From the human T2T-CHM13v2.0 reference genome, Homo sapiens, in the NCBI RefSeq assembly GCF_009914755.1, contig NC_060933.1: DNA of 64,000 nt. One strand, written 5' to 3'. Made by a program: the position numbers and the translations under genes. The stretch's first letter is position 1. Each line of letters starts with the position of its first letter. Below the pieces are notes generated by a model. It did no database searches and was not told the origin of the DNA. It was given only the letters and a program-made list of their open reading frames with translations. Of the stretch, positions 13,907 through 30,162 are shown piece after piece.

Positions 13907-14352
13907 TGCCTTAGGTTGAGCTTCCTAGAAGCAGAGTTTGAGTTGGGGATTGATGATAAGTTGCTTATTGAGGGAGATATCATACAGAAGAAATCTTTAA
14001 AGGAGTAGGAGAAGAAAAGGGCATGGGATGCCTCCAAACAAAGGTGTCTTTGCAGCTGAAGTCTAACTTCGAACCCAATCCCAGGGAATCTCAGGAGTAT
14101 GAATTGTGTCTCAGGGCTGGTTTCACATTGTGGTTAGGGTGTTAGCCTTTTAATCTCAATTTATATCAGTCTTTGTCTTCAGGCACCCTGTGGGGAGATG
14201 TAAATGCCTATGTTTCTTCCAGCAGAGTGACTCCTGTTGGCTGAGGGGAGTAAACCGTGAGCCATTAGCATCCGACACTTACAGCATCTGGAGAACTGGT
14301 GCACCAGCCAGGCAACAGGAATCTGGGTTTGACATCCATAGCATCTATTAAA
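13907..14352 (-). mobile_element. ERVL solo LTR, LTR16-family
   Basis: tgccttaggttgagcttcctagaagcagag start and atctgggtttgacatccatagcatctatta end match reverse LTR16-type termini. Confidence 0.7.
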
Positions 14353-14553
14353 TATCACAATACAAACTTCCTACGTCTTTAACCTTATCCCGTCTTCTCC
14401 CTCACTTTGCCAAGATTTGAACTTCCTGCAGATTTTTACAGACACTAGACATTCTTTTCCGCCCTTTTTGACCACAACATGAACTGAATATGAAAAGGTC
14501 CCCTTCTGCTCCTATTCTTCTCATTTGAATGTATATATCTTTCAAGGAAAAGA

Positions 14554-14850
<297 letters not shown>

Positions 14851-16064
14851 TGACCTCCCAAATCTGTAGTGGCTATCCTTCCTTCTGGAGACAGATGCCT
14901 GAATTTATTTATTGTTGTATCCCTAGAGATTGGAACATCCCTGTATTTCTAGCCTGGAATGGAGTTGCCAATGAATATTTTGCCTTCAGATGGAAAGAAA
15001 TAATGAATATTCTAATAATGTGAAAATATTTTTCTCCACTCAGCCTTAGTGCTTAAAGTTACTGTGTGAAGATAGTGGCTCTGTACAATGCAACTCTCTA
15101 TTTTCTACAATATTTAGATCACTGTTTATTACAGGGTGGGTACTTACTATTGATTGATAGCTTATGATTGTTACTACTTTTTACCTTGGCTTAGGTGCAG
15201 TCTACATTTTTCAGCTAGGAAAGCAAATGTTTAATTATGGTTTTTAATTCAACTCAAAGTATAAAGTGATGAACTTTTTGAGTTGAAAGTCATCAAAATA
15301 GGCCTTGTTCTTAATGAAAAAATTGTCTCTACAGTTTATCTTGGGTGTACCTGTACAGTGTCTGCTGCTTGAAACCCTATAGCTTTGAAGAACTCACTGC
15401 TTCCAAGGAGAGGCTTCTCTGTCATTTAAAGACTCAGGAGTTTTAGCAGTTTCTCATATTGAATCAATATTTTTCCCTTTACCTTATGGGACTCTTTGGA
15501 CAAAAATTAACTTCAGGATGCCATCAGAAATGTAGCGGACAGCAAGCTGGCATTTTTCTACTTTTGCCAGGGTGTCCTGCCCTCCCTGCAATTCTGACTG
15601 AGGGATCATGGGAGAAACTCTGAACTTGGGACTAGTTGGGGGCATAGAGGGAGTGTCAATGCTTGGCTGGAAGTTGTCCCTCAGAGCAATCATTGCCCAG
15701 TGTTTTTGGCTTTAGCTCAACCTGCCTACGTGACAGTCCGTCCTCACTGACTCAGCCTTCTATGTCCAGACAAATGATTCACTCCCAGTGCATTTTTCTG
15801 CTCTTACTAAATAGGCCCTCTAACCATCCCTCTATCTTTCAATTCCAGCTAACAGCTTGGACAGCAGGTTTTTTTTAAATATTACGAAGTAAGCAGGCTT
15901 GGCCAGAGAAATCCTGCGGGCTTCTCTCTGCAAAAGCTTCCTCACATCACCCAGGCCCATAGAGATTGCTATCTTCTCTAAACTCATGGCAAAGCCCATC
16001 TTATACATACTATTTATTTATCTATTGACAAATTGTTTACTAGCCTCTATCATTTCTTAATTTT

Positions 16065-16310
16065 TAGCTAAAACATTTTAAGCACTAATTATAGGCCAAA
16101 CATAGTGTTAAACATTTTGCACACATCATCTCATTTAATTTTCACAAAATTTTTGAAATTAGTACTATTTTAATTCAGATCTCAGAGAGGAGAAAATAGA
16201 GACAGAAAGAACTTAAATAGTTTGCCAAAAAACATACAGCTAGTAAGTGGAAGAAACAAAATTGTCCTCAGATTACAGGGTCTAGCAGGTAGGTCTCTTA
16301 CCCGTTATTC
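16065..16310 (-). mobile_element. MIR
   Basis: atctcatttaattttcac...acagctagtaagtgg. Confidence 0.8.
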
Positions 16311-16797
16311 TTATGCTAATGTATAGGGTGATACCTGCCTTTAACTTATTTCATGACATTTGACATATCACCTCATGTCTCTTGGCCTTATTTTCTTTAC
16401 ATTAAAAAATAAAAGAATATTTGAGTTCAATGTTTCCCAGTACAATTAATTGCATGTAACAACTATATTCTTTACTATAGGTCATATTAAGTAGGAAGGT
16501 AAGAAGATGGGATGGAACACACAACTCTCTCCAGTGGGGGATATGACGGAATAAAAAAACCCACTGATGGCACCTGCTAAAATCTTCATGTGCTTCTGCA
16601 ATAGGAAAGCCAAGAAACAACTCAGAAAACTGATTCTCACTCATTTGTATGTACCAACATTCTCAATGATGTTATTTATTTCAGTTCTTAGACTCTCCCA
16701 TACTCTGAACTTAGAAATAAATTGAGCACACTTCAAGTCATTAAATCCATTTGGGAACGAAGGGGGGAAAAGGAGAGAAGGCAAAGTTTACCATGTC

Positions 16798-16799
<2 letters not shown>

Positions 16800-16826
<27 letters not shown>
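16800..16826. repeat. (TG)13 microsatellite
   Basis: Direct read. Confidence 0.95.
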
Positions 16827-16830
<4 letters not shown>

Positions 16831-16934
16831 ACTTTAAAGATAACTTCAAAACTTCCCATGATGGAGACTTCCAGTTATCTACTACAACATCCATTTTACA
16901 CTTTCTTATTATTGCCTCCTGAAACACAAATATC

Positions 16935-17097
16935 ATGAAAAAAGTAATGTAATTGGTTTGTTTGTAACTCAAAGGATAAATGCTTGAGGGGATGGATACC
17001 CCATTTTCCATGATATGTTTCTTTCACATTACCTACCTGCATCAAAACATCTCATGCATCCCATAAATATATACACCTAATATGAACCCACAAAATT
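16935..17097 (+). mobile_element. L1MA1-3-like 3' terminal fragment
   Basis: aaaggataaatgcttgaggggatggataccccattttccatgat...cccataaatatatacacct. Confidence 0.85.
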
Positions 17098-17390
17098 GTC
17101 ATTTAAACTCTAGCAGTTTTCTTGGTCTTAATGACGAGGGATTAAGGGCAGTGAGCTGCAGGAAGTAGAATTACTGAGGACTTTGTGGCTCTCCCATGCC
17201 AGTTTTGGACAGCCTACTTTCTGACATCTTGTAACAGATAAGCCTTAACTTGTTTAGTCCACTAAGCTACCACAATTTGGATTTTTTTTTCATTTAGGCT
17301 GCTAAATTAGCTAAGATAGGGCATAAAAGGGGAATTTAAAACTCAGCACTGAGTTTCCTAGTAGCTCAAGTAAAGAGGGAACTAGAAGAG

Positions 17391-17456
17391 TGTATTAGTG
17401 AAGGTTCTCCAGAGAAACAGAACCAATAGGAGATGATAGATAGATAGATAGATGAC

Positions 17457-17507
<51 letters not shown>

Positions 17508-17908
17508 GATAGATAGATAAATGATAGAGAGACAGATAGATAGTAAGAAAGCTAGCAGTGTAATTCAGTCCAAGTCTGAATGACTAAGAACCAAGGAAGC
17601 CAATAGTGTAAGTCCTGGAGTTCAAAAGTCCAAAATCCAGAAGGGCAGAAGAGGATGGGTGTCATGCCTCAAGAAAACAGATACCGAAAATTCACTCTTC
17701 CTTTAACTTTTTGTTCTATCTTGGCCCTGAAGGGATTGGATGATGCCCACTCACGCAGGTAAGGACAGATCTTCTTTGCTCAGTCTCCTGATTCAAATGC
17801 TAATCTCTTCCAGAAACACTCTCATAGACACACCCGGACATAATGTTTTGTCAGCTTTCTGAGCATTGCTTAGCTCAGTCAAGTTGACATGTATAAGTAA
17901 CCATCACA
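17391..17908 (-). mobile_element. MLT2B-like solo LTR
   Basis: tgtattagtgaaggttctccagagaaacagaaccaatagg...gtcaagttgaca...taaccatcaca; TSD aagag/atgag. Confidence 0.9.
17431..17543. repeat. Compound (AGAT)n STR, with (AGAT)12 uninterrupted at 17457-17504
   Basis: Direct read. Confidence 0.95.
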
Positions 17909-19075
17909 ATGAGTATCAGAAGATGAGTCTTGAATCATATAAGTCTGATACAAAACAATATATCTTCTTTTTTAAATGAAAATTAATGAGGAATTATATA
18001 AGAGCCACAAAAGAAGATTTCTATAATCAATAATTCTCAAGCATTTAATGTCCCTTATCCACCATTGGTGACTTTCATGCTTAAGTGTAGTGACTACATG
18101 ATGAGTCACAAAGGAAAATTATCTATTACAAAAGGGGGCACGCATACCCCTAATATTTCTCATAGTCCTGTCTTTATTTGATTTGTAATTTGTCTTATGG
18201 GCTAATTTTTCCATGGTCACAAGAGTCTGAATCTCTAAGAAACATCATATATTTCCATTGACATCTGATTCTCCCACAACAGGCAAGACCACAGACTATC
18301 TGTCCTCTTTTCCACTCTCCGTTAGTTATTCTTTCAAGTAGAAATCATGTTCTTTCATGAATAGTGGATGTACATTGAGAAGGAAAATTTAAAAAACAAA
18401 ATAAAACAAAATCAGGATCCCCAACCCAATAGGGGTCATAAGTCAGAGATTATTGCTACAGGCACATGTGCCCCAAGTGTGGGTATTCCATCAGAAATGA
18501 ATGGAAATATTCTTATAACAGGAAAGGAAAAAGGGCATTTTTCTGATAATCATTGAATGATTTATTTTATTTGTTAAAGATTCTCCCCTCTACTCTCAGC
18601 AGAAACAAAGTGTATGATCACAGAAATCTAGATCTTCAGAGCTGCAAGGACACTTAGAGATTCTCTGGACTATATCCTACAGTTAAGCATTCAGAAATTG
18701 GGCCTGCATGACAAAGAGAAGAGTCAAGTTCTAGGAAATACATAAATTAAATAGAGAGCCAAAATTAGGAATCAGGCCTCCTGAAACGTAATTTCAGAAG
18801 GGCTGTTATAAAAGGATCTTCATATGTCACAGATAAGTTTTTATTCCTGACACATTGCCTAAGGATCATCATGGGTTCTCATTCTATATTTCACATTTGT
18901 TTCATCTTCTCTTCTTATAAAGTTTAGAAAAAATGTCAGAGAAATAAATAGTTGTATTTGATGAACACACTGTAAGATACGGAGGGTCATTTGTTCCACA
19001 GGTCATCATAGATATCCCTTCCCATGAGAGGAAATGGGACTCCTTTTAAAAAAGCAGGGCCATGTAATATTAATA

Positions 19076-19310
19076 CAGTATCATGGTTTAGAGAAGGGGC
19101 TCCTATTTAAAATCTGGTTTTGTACTTATTAATAATTAAGAAATCTTGATTACATTATGGAATACCTTTGAGCCTCAGTTTTCTAGTATGTTAAAAAAAG
19201 GATTCAAACTACCCTGTATATCATAGGCTTTATTGTAAGAACAAAGAAGATATCTGTAATATGTGCAGCAAGAGTTTTTCATATAAGAACTTGATAATTT
19301 TAGTTAGTTG
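19076..19310 (+). mobile_element. MIR
   Basis: ctttgagcctcagttttctagtatgttaaa. Confidence 0.6.
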
Positions 19311-19906
19311 TTTTTATTTAAACAATATTCTCATCCTTGGGCTGGGTGGTAAGCCTTTTCCCCAGAAAAATTCATTAATTCACTCAAAGATTAGAGATTA
19401 AGGGTAATTAGAGCTCAAATCTTTTGGCTGCGGCTCATTCCTGGTACCTCAAGTAAAGAATGTGAGATACATTTCTGAATACACTTCGACTTCAAAGAAG
19501 ATACTGAAGAAAGGAAAGTTTTCATGGATGAAATGGAATGTAAGTACCAACTCCAAGAGCACATAATTTGAATGGGGAAAAGAAGAAAGGTTGTTAGCAT
19601 GAAAAAATCTCAGACTGACAATGTGTAAGGCATTTGAGGGGAACAGAGAAGATGTAGAATGTCATGAAAAGATAGCAGTAGGGCTTTAGTTATGATTTAA
19701 TTCCACCCATTCATTTGATAAAGGACAAACCTGTCACCAGGAGAGGTGACGAGATATATCCAATAATAAAGTGTCCAGTCTCTTGATTTCTAGCTCATTG
19801 TATGACAGTATGCTATGGTTACTGACAAATAATATATGTTTTTTCATTTTCAAAGCCTCAGCAAATATTTTACACCATTTCTGGTGCAGAGAGAATGCTC
19901 AACAAA

Positions 19907-20028
19907 TAGGGTGACTATGTAATTTATTGTTAAAATCAGGGTTAAAGGGGTTTCTAATTATAATTACGTCAGAGCAACTTCCATAAACTAGTACTATCAC
20001 AGGCAAACTGAGATGTGTGTTTGTTGTA
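19907..20028 (-). mobile_element. MER94-like hAT MITE
   Basis: tagggtgactatgtaatttattgt...taattacgtc...ggcaaactgagatgt. Confidence 0.7.
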
Positions 20029-20878
20029 TGAATAAATATCTGTCAATTAACTACAGATTAATTGCTAATTGTCCTGCTTTTTCTTAATGATCCAACTTCC
20101 ATGTGATTTTCTGAGATTTCTTTGGTCTGTTGTTTGTCACCAACAAAATTTTTTTTTTCCAGAACAGAGCAGATTTTTAACATTCCTAGGTAACTGACGC
20201 ATGAGGTAGATTAAGCTTGGCATTGATTAATCTTTTTGACCTGAGCCAAGGCCACTTTCCATAAGACCTTTTGCCCTCTATTACTAAACCCATTGTAAAA
20301 TGTTTATCCAATTGACTATTTCTCCACCAATTCCCTCTACATTAACCTTATGGATTAACCTTTGACGTGCATTGTATCAAAAGTCTACTAGAAGTCTAAG
20401 TGAATTATATGCATAGTGACTGTCACCTCCTTTGAAAAATTAATCAACTTCATTAAGCAAGTGTTCCCTACGGACATCTATTGTTACAGGTCTCTGCAAA
20501 CTGAGAGAGACAGAGGAGGCCAACTGCTATTGTGAAAAGATCTCTGGCTTGAGGATCTAAACCCCTGCACAGCCGTAGCCAGGGCTGTGACCTTGAGATA
20601 TCTGCACATAATCTTGGTGAGGCTAAAGAATGCAATGTAGTGATTGAAATGTGTGTTCTGAAATCACAAAAAACATGAACCCTCTACTAGATGTGGGACT
20701 TTGAGCAGGCTATTTCATTTGCCAAAACCCCAGGGTTTACATTAGTAAACTGGAGATGATAGTGGTAACTCCGTATTATTTAGGATATGTGTGTGAGAAA
20801 GCTCCTAACATTCCATGGTTTAAATAATATATTGGCATTGATGTACACCCCTTTCCATTATGTTTTTTACTAGTTGTT

Positions 20879-21295
20879 TTTCATGTGTTGAATTGTGTCT
20901 CCTCAAAAGATGTTGACGTTCTAATCCCAAGTACTTATGAATGTAACCTTATTTGGTAATAAGGTCCTTGCAGATGATCGAGTTATGATGAGGTCATTAG
21001 GGTGATCCATAAGACATTTTGATTGATGTCCCTGTGGAAAAAAAAAAAAGCAGATGAGGAATTTGGATATAGAGAGAGACATGCACAGAGGAAAGATGAT
21101 CCAAAGACAGGGAGAAAGCCATCTGAAGCCAAGGAATGCCTGAGGCCAGCAGAAGCTGGAGGAGGAAAGGAAAGAGTCTTCTCCTACCCTGATTTCTGAC
21201 TTCTAGCCTCCAGAATTGTGAGACAATAAAATTCTGCTGTTAAGCCACCAGGTTGTGGTACTTTGTTGCAGCAGCATCATTAGAAAACTAGTGCG
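20879..21295 (+). mobile_element. MLT1B/C solo LTR
   Basis: gttgaattgtgtctcctcaaaagat...gacttctagcctccagaattgtgagacaataaa...gtggtactttgtt; TSD ttgtt/ttgtg. Confidence 0.85.
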
Positions 21296-21299
21296 TTGT

Positions 21300-23370
<2,071 letters not shown>

Positions 23371-23389
23371 CCAGTTGTTTAAATCAGGT

Positions 23390-23802
23390 AAGTTTATTAC
23401 TCTCTAACCTAATAGTCCAGAGATTATCAAGTGGTTCTTTCCTATAAAATTATTCTGGACCCAGACTGGTTCATTGAGTTTGCTTTTCTCAAAATATGGA
23501 TTTTTATCTCTTGATCCAGAGCTCAAATTATTGTCATTGCCCTACCAGAAGAAAAGTAGAGGAAGGAGGGCAAACACCTTCATTTTTTTAGGAGGTGACC
23601 TAAAAATTTTACAAATCACTTTCAGTCACATTCCAATATTTCAGACTTATTCACATAGCAACACATAACTGTAAATGAGATTAGGAAATAAAATTTTCTG
23701 AAGGACAGCCAAGTACCCAGCTAAAATAAGGCAAGAAGAGTAAATCTTAACAGTAAAAAAGTGGGAATGTATTCCGAGGGAAAATTTGTGTCCTTTGCCA
23801 CC
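23390..23802 (-). mobile_element. MLT1J-like LTR
   Basis: atcactttcagtcacattcca...cccagctaaaa...ctttgccac. Confidence 0.65.
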
Positions 23803-25310
23803 GTCTAATCTTCCAGCCTCCCAGATATCCATGTAGACCCTACACAACCACTATATGCTTATGGCAGAACGCTTAAGTCAAATCCAGCTCCAAGTCCAGG
23901 ATCCCTTTCCATCCTATGTTGGTGTAGCTTTTGAGAGTCTAAGAACCTATGTAAGTAATATAAAATATACTAATATTGTAAAATAATATATAATGTATAT
24001 AAAATATGAAATATATACAACACATACAATATATGTAAAATAATATATAAAAATAATATATAATAATAATTATTATGTAATATATAATAATATATTAATT
24101 ATTATGTAATATATAATAATATATTAATTATTATGTAATATATAATAATATATGTTAATTATTATATATTATATATAATTATATATTAATTATAATTATT
24201 ATATATTATATATAATTATATATTAATTATAATTATTATATATTTATATATTATATATAAATATATAAATCCAGAAACAGATCCATATATGATATATTTA
24301 TAATCAAATTTTAAAAGACAATTTTTATACATAATTTATATAATTATATATTTAAAATATATAATAAATATTTAATATATAAAATATGTAATATGTAAAA
24401 TATATAAAATATTACATATAATAATATAATACATTATAATATAGAATAATAACATTTAAAGTATATAAAATAATAATTCTTAAAAATACACCTTCTCACA
24501 AGTCAAATATACAATGATTAAATAGAAACAGGGTGCTCATCCTGTAATAAGAGCCAAATTCTGAAAATGGAAGATGAAAATCATGCAGCTGTTATTATTC
24601 CATAGCAAAGTAGAGTCATTCTTGTCTGGAACAGAAAATATGCCCTCTCATGATATTACAGTTACCTGCTTTTTTGGACCTTGGTTTGACTCTCTGAGAA
24701 GCATGCATTTATCCATTGTTCTTCATGACCCATGGCTTTATCCTCTGAATAACCCTTCTTTTCTAATATTCCCTGTGGCCATATAAGAAATGAAAATTGT
24801 AGAGTATGTCCTTGGATACTAGCAGATCTTTCCACTTTTTTTTTTCCATCTTGATATAAGTTTATGACCTCAGAGGTAGATTTAGAGGTGAGCAATTACT
24901 GTCTTTTGCAAGACATTCTTTGGTTTCTTTGGTAATAAAATACCAAAAAAAAAAAAAAAAAAAAACAAAGAAGAAAAGAAAAGAAAAGGAAAGAAAACCT
25001 AACAACAATAAAGTTGAGTCTCAATCTTTGTATATTCACAACCAAGTAGTCTTCATGTTCATGTTCCTTAATATTGTTCATGCTCCTTGCTTATCTGCTA
25101 GATCCTGTGACTATATTTATGTCTATCTTCCTCAATTTTATGAATTCCTACCTTGAAGTCACTAAAACTGGTGAGTGTACAGAAGTGTACAGGCAACACC
25201 TTTAATCTCATTTTTTGCTGATGGAAATGCACTTAGTGACAACCTTATGTTATTTAAGATACAGATACAGTTGACTTTTTAACATTGAGGTCTCCATGTT
25301 TCTAAACTGT
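23803..25310 (-). mobile_element. MLT1-int internal fragment, interrupted by an AT-rich tract
   Basis: ccagctccaagtccaggatc, caaatatacaatgattaaatagaaacaggg...ccatagcaa adjacent to the LTR. Confidence 0.55.
23955..24490. repeat. AT-rich low-complexity/minisatellite: 29-bp x3 (24067-24153) and 37-bp x2.4 (24156-24244)
   Basis: Units taattattatgtaatatataataatatat and taattattatatattatatataattatatattaatta. Confidence 0.9.
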
Positions 25311-25395
25311 CAATTTAGACTGCAGATTGTAGATAATCTAGGGGGACATTGTTCAATCAGTTGAAAGGCCTTAAGAGCAGAGCTGAGGCTTTTTT

Positions 25396-26306
25396 TTTCT
25401 CTCTCTTGGTTTTTTTAATATATATATATTTTAAGTTCTGGGATATATATGCAGAACGTGCAGATTTGTTACATAGGTATACACATGCCATGGTGGTTTG
25501 CTGCACCCGTCAACCCATCATCTACATTAGGTATTTCTCCTAATGCTATCCCTCCCTGAGCCCCTCACCCCCTGACAGGCCTCAGTGTGTGATGTTCCCC
25601 TCCCTATGTCCATGTGTCCTCATTGTTCATCTCCCACTTATGAGTGACAACATGCGGTGTTTGGTTTTCTATTCCTGTGTTAGTTTGCTGAGAATGATGG
25701 TTTCCAGCTTTACCCATGTCCCTGCAAAGGACATGAGGTCATTCTTTTTTACAGCTGCATAGAATTCCATGTTGTATATGTGCCACATTTTCTTTATCTA
25801 ATCTATCATTGATGGGCATTTGGGTTGGTTCCAAGTGTTTGCTATTGTGAACAGGGCTGCAATAAACATACATGTCTTTATAGTAGAATGATTTATAATC
25901 ATTTGGGCATATACCCAGTGATGAGATTGCTGGGTCAAATGGTATTTCTGGCTCTAGATCCTTGAGGAGTCGCCACACTGTCTTCTATAATGGTTGAACT
26001 AATTTACACTCCCACCAACAGTGTAAAAGCATTCCTATTTCTCCACATCCTCTCCAGCATCTGTTGTTTCCTGAATTTTTTTTTTTTTTTTTTTTGAGAC
26101 AGAGTCTCACTCTTTCGCCCAGGCTGGAATGCTGGCTTTTTAATGATCGCCATTCTAACTGGGGCGTGAGATGGTATCTCACTGTGGTTTTGATTTGCAT
26201 TTCTCTAATGACCAGTGATGAGCTGTTTTTCGTATGTTTTTTGGCCGCATAAATGTTTTCTTTTGAGAAGTGAGACCAGCATCATCCTAATACAAAAAAC
26301 CTGGCA
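25396..26306 (-). mobile_element. L1PA7/8-like 5'-truncated insertion with a short 5' inversion
   Basis: Reverse L1 3' UTR and ORF2 end; TSD gaggctttttt (25385-25395 / 26307-26317). Confidence 0.9.
26076..26131 (-). mobile_element. Extremely 5'-truncated Alu inside the L1
   Basis: T20 plus gagacagagtctcactctttcgcccaggctggaatg; degenerate TSD ctgaattttt/ctggcttttt. Confidence 0.85.
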
Positions 26307-27132
26307 GAGGCTTTTTTAAAGAAGAAATTCCTACTGTGACAGCAGCTTCAGTTCATGACCTAGGGTCCCAGTCTGCCCTCCCTGATGGCTTTGGCTTTCT
26401 TCCTGGTGCCCTGCTCTACAGATTCTGGACTTTCCTGGTCCCAACAACTATATAAACTGTTTCCTTGCAAGGAGTATATTAATATATAACTCCTACTGGT
26501 TTTTCCTCTTTGGCTGAGCCCTAATTAACACATCTCTAAGACTGTATACAAAGCAAGACAATTAGACATTAATTAAAAAAGAAAGAAAACCTAAGTAAAT
26601 GAAGGAAGATACTGTGTTTATGGATTATAATACTGAGTATTAAGATCCTCTCAAAACTGGCATTAAGTTTCAGCATAATCCCAATATTAATTGCAGCAAG
26701 ACTCTTGTTAGAGATTGACAAAACTGAATCTAAAATTTGTATAGATAACCAGTGAACCTAGAACAGCATATTTTTTTAAATAACCTGTAGTACTAATTTT
26801 AAGGCTTAACTGTTTTAAGACTTAAGCTTTAGCTATATTAATCAAGGAAGTATGACATTGGTGAAAGGGTAGACACGTGGACCAGTGGCACACAACTCAA
26901 AAATCCAGAAACAGATCCACATACATAAGTTAAATGTATAAGCAAATTTTAAAAGACAATTTAATGGAGAAAGAAAGGAATTTCTTCATTTGATTCTAGA
27001 AAAATCAGATATCCCTATGCAAAGAACAAAAAACAAAAACAAAAACAAAACCAATTAACCTAAATCTATACTGCAATCATATTAAAAATAATTCAGAATT
27101 GATCATAGACATAAATATAAAACTTAAAACTT

Positions 27133-27180
27133 GGCCAGGAGCGGTGACTCACACCTGTAATCCCAGCCCTTTAGGAGGCC
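27133..27180 (+). mobile_element. Alu 5' fragment (48 bp)
   Basis: ggccaggagcggtgactcacacctgtaatcccagccctttaggaggcc. Confidence 0.85.
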
Positions 27181-27497
27181 TGATATTGGGTTATGCAAAT
27201 ATTTGTTAGGTAGGATACAAAAAGCATGAATATAAGAGAAAAAATTACAAACTGGACATCAGCAAAAGTTAAAACTTTAGCTCTTCCAATGGTACTGTTA
27301 AAAAAAATAAAAATTCAAGTCTTTGAGAAAAAAAGATTTTCAATACATGTACTAATAAGAGCTGTTATTCTGAATATGTAAAGAACTCTTTCAACTTAAT
27401 AATGATATAATAAGAAATCCAATTGAAGAAAACTCAGAGAAGGATTTGAAGTGTTACTTTACCAAAGACGAGACACAGATGATGCATAAGCTCATGA

Positions 27498-27887
<390 letters not shown>

Positions 27888-29668
27888 TACTACACACATT
27901 TTTAAATGGCTTAAATAAATACAAATTTACAATGTCAATTACTGGGAAAGATGAGGAGTGACTAGAACTCTCATACATTGCTGTGGGGCACAGAAATTTT
28001 GGAGAAACATTTTGGCCATTTGTGAATTTAAATATAAACTTACCATATGATCTAACAATGAATTTACCCCAGAGTAATAAAGATGGATGTTCACAAAAAA
28101 ATGCTCAAATATTCATAGCAGTTTGATTTGTTATTATAAAAAACTGGATACCACCAGCTGTTCATCATTTAAAATATTTTATATCTCTGATTGTAATGGT
28201 AATGATAAGATCATATAAATTTGTCAAGGTCCATACAACTATACACATTATGCACATACTATACACATTTACTGTGCCAAATTATACTTCGATAAACTCA
28301 ATTTTGAAAAATTAATCCCAGATGACTCAAAACTTTAAATGTGAAAGGCAAAACTTTAAATCTTTTAGAAGACATTGTGCATGAGTATCCTTATGACTGT
28401 CTAGAGAGTAGCATCTTAAACAAGATCTAATCAGCTTTCCTTAAAAGAAAAGGTTGATCATGCAATCAGATTAAAATTAAGAATTCCAGTTTAGCAAAAC
28501 AAACTGTAAGGTTGAGTGGCAAGCCACAAACTAGAAAAAGATACCTGCTGAAGAATTAACATCCTGAATACATAAAGTATCCCACAAATCATTAAGAAAG
28601 AACACAAACAACTCAGTAGAATAATTGGCAAAATGTTGATGAGGTATCACAAAAGAGGAAAAAATAATGTAAAATAAACAAGTAAAGATGTCCATCTTCT
28701 GTAATCAGGAATTGCAAAATAATGAGACAACTTTATACCTATTATTTTAGTAATTAGAAATAATGTAAATCAATGGGAATACTTAACACACTTTAGGTAG
28801 AAACACAAATTGGTGCAAGCTCTTTGAGAAACAATTTGACATTGTCTTATAAAGTGGAACCAGCATTAATTCTACTATCCAGACTTTCCAGTTCCACATA
28901 TGTAGCTAAGATTAACTATTGTCAATACACCTATTCACAAAAATACAACCAAATTTTAGAAACTTGATGTTGAATGGGAAAGAAGTTGCAAAAATTACAT
29001 AGAGTATGTGATACCCTGCTTAATATATGCATATATAGTAAAAGTGTGCAAAGAAAGCATCAGAAGACACATACGTAATTCAGGAAAATGATCAGGGTGA
29101 AGCAGGAGAGAGAAGGAGGTGTGTCCAAGATAAAACAAAGAGTTAACTTCAGTGATGTTAGAATTGTTTTGCTTTAAGTCAGGTGAAATGCTCCTGAGAA
29201 TTGTTTTTATAATGCTTCCAAACTTTATGTATTACATATATTTTTACAGTTACCAAGTGCTACATAATTTTTAAAAATAAGTGATACAGTGAATGGATTG
29301 AAAGTATTGATGAGGTCTAAGAATTGCTGGAGAAGGAATAACTAGGACAAGTAAATTGGAATGACAGAAGATGAGAGCTAGGAAGTGGTATATTTAATTT
29401 CTAGATTTCAGGGCTGGAGTGGTGGAGTAGTCATTGTTGACAACAAGATCTAAGGTATATGCTTGTTGCAAGATCACGAAAGGCTGGTAGAAAAGATTGT
29501 GGAAGCTAAGGAAGGTAAAGAACTGTAGCTTAAGAGTCAGATAGTTCTCCGTAGATGTTGAGGTTACCCAAACTAATGAAAGCAACAACGGCATGGGGGA
29601 AAGCAGCGAGCTAGGTGCTAAAATATAAATGAATAAGGTTGAAAGGCAACAGATGATAGTAACGAGTA

Positions 29669-30162
<494 letters not shown>

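Larger units (their letters stand above)
25320..26532 (+). mobile_element. MLT2 (D/E-like) LTR split by an L1 insertion
   Basis: caatcagttgaaaggccttaagagcagagctgaggc resumes as gaagaaattcc...ctcctactggtt...ctaattaacaca. Confidence 0.75.
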
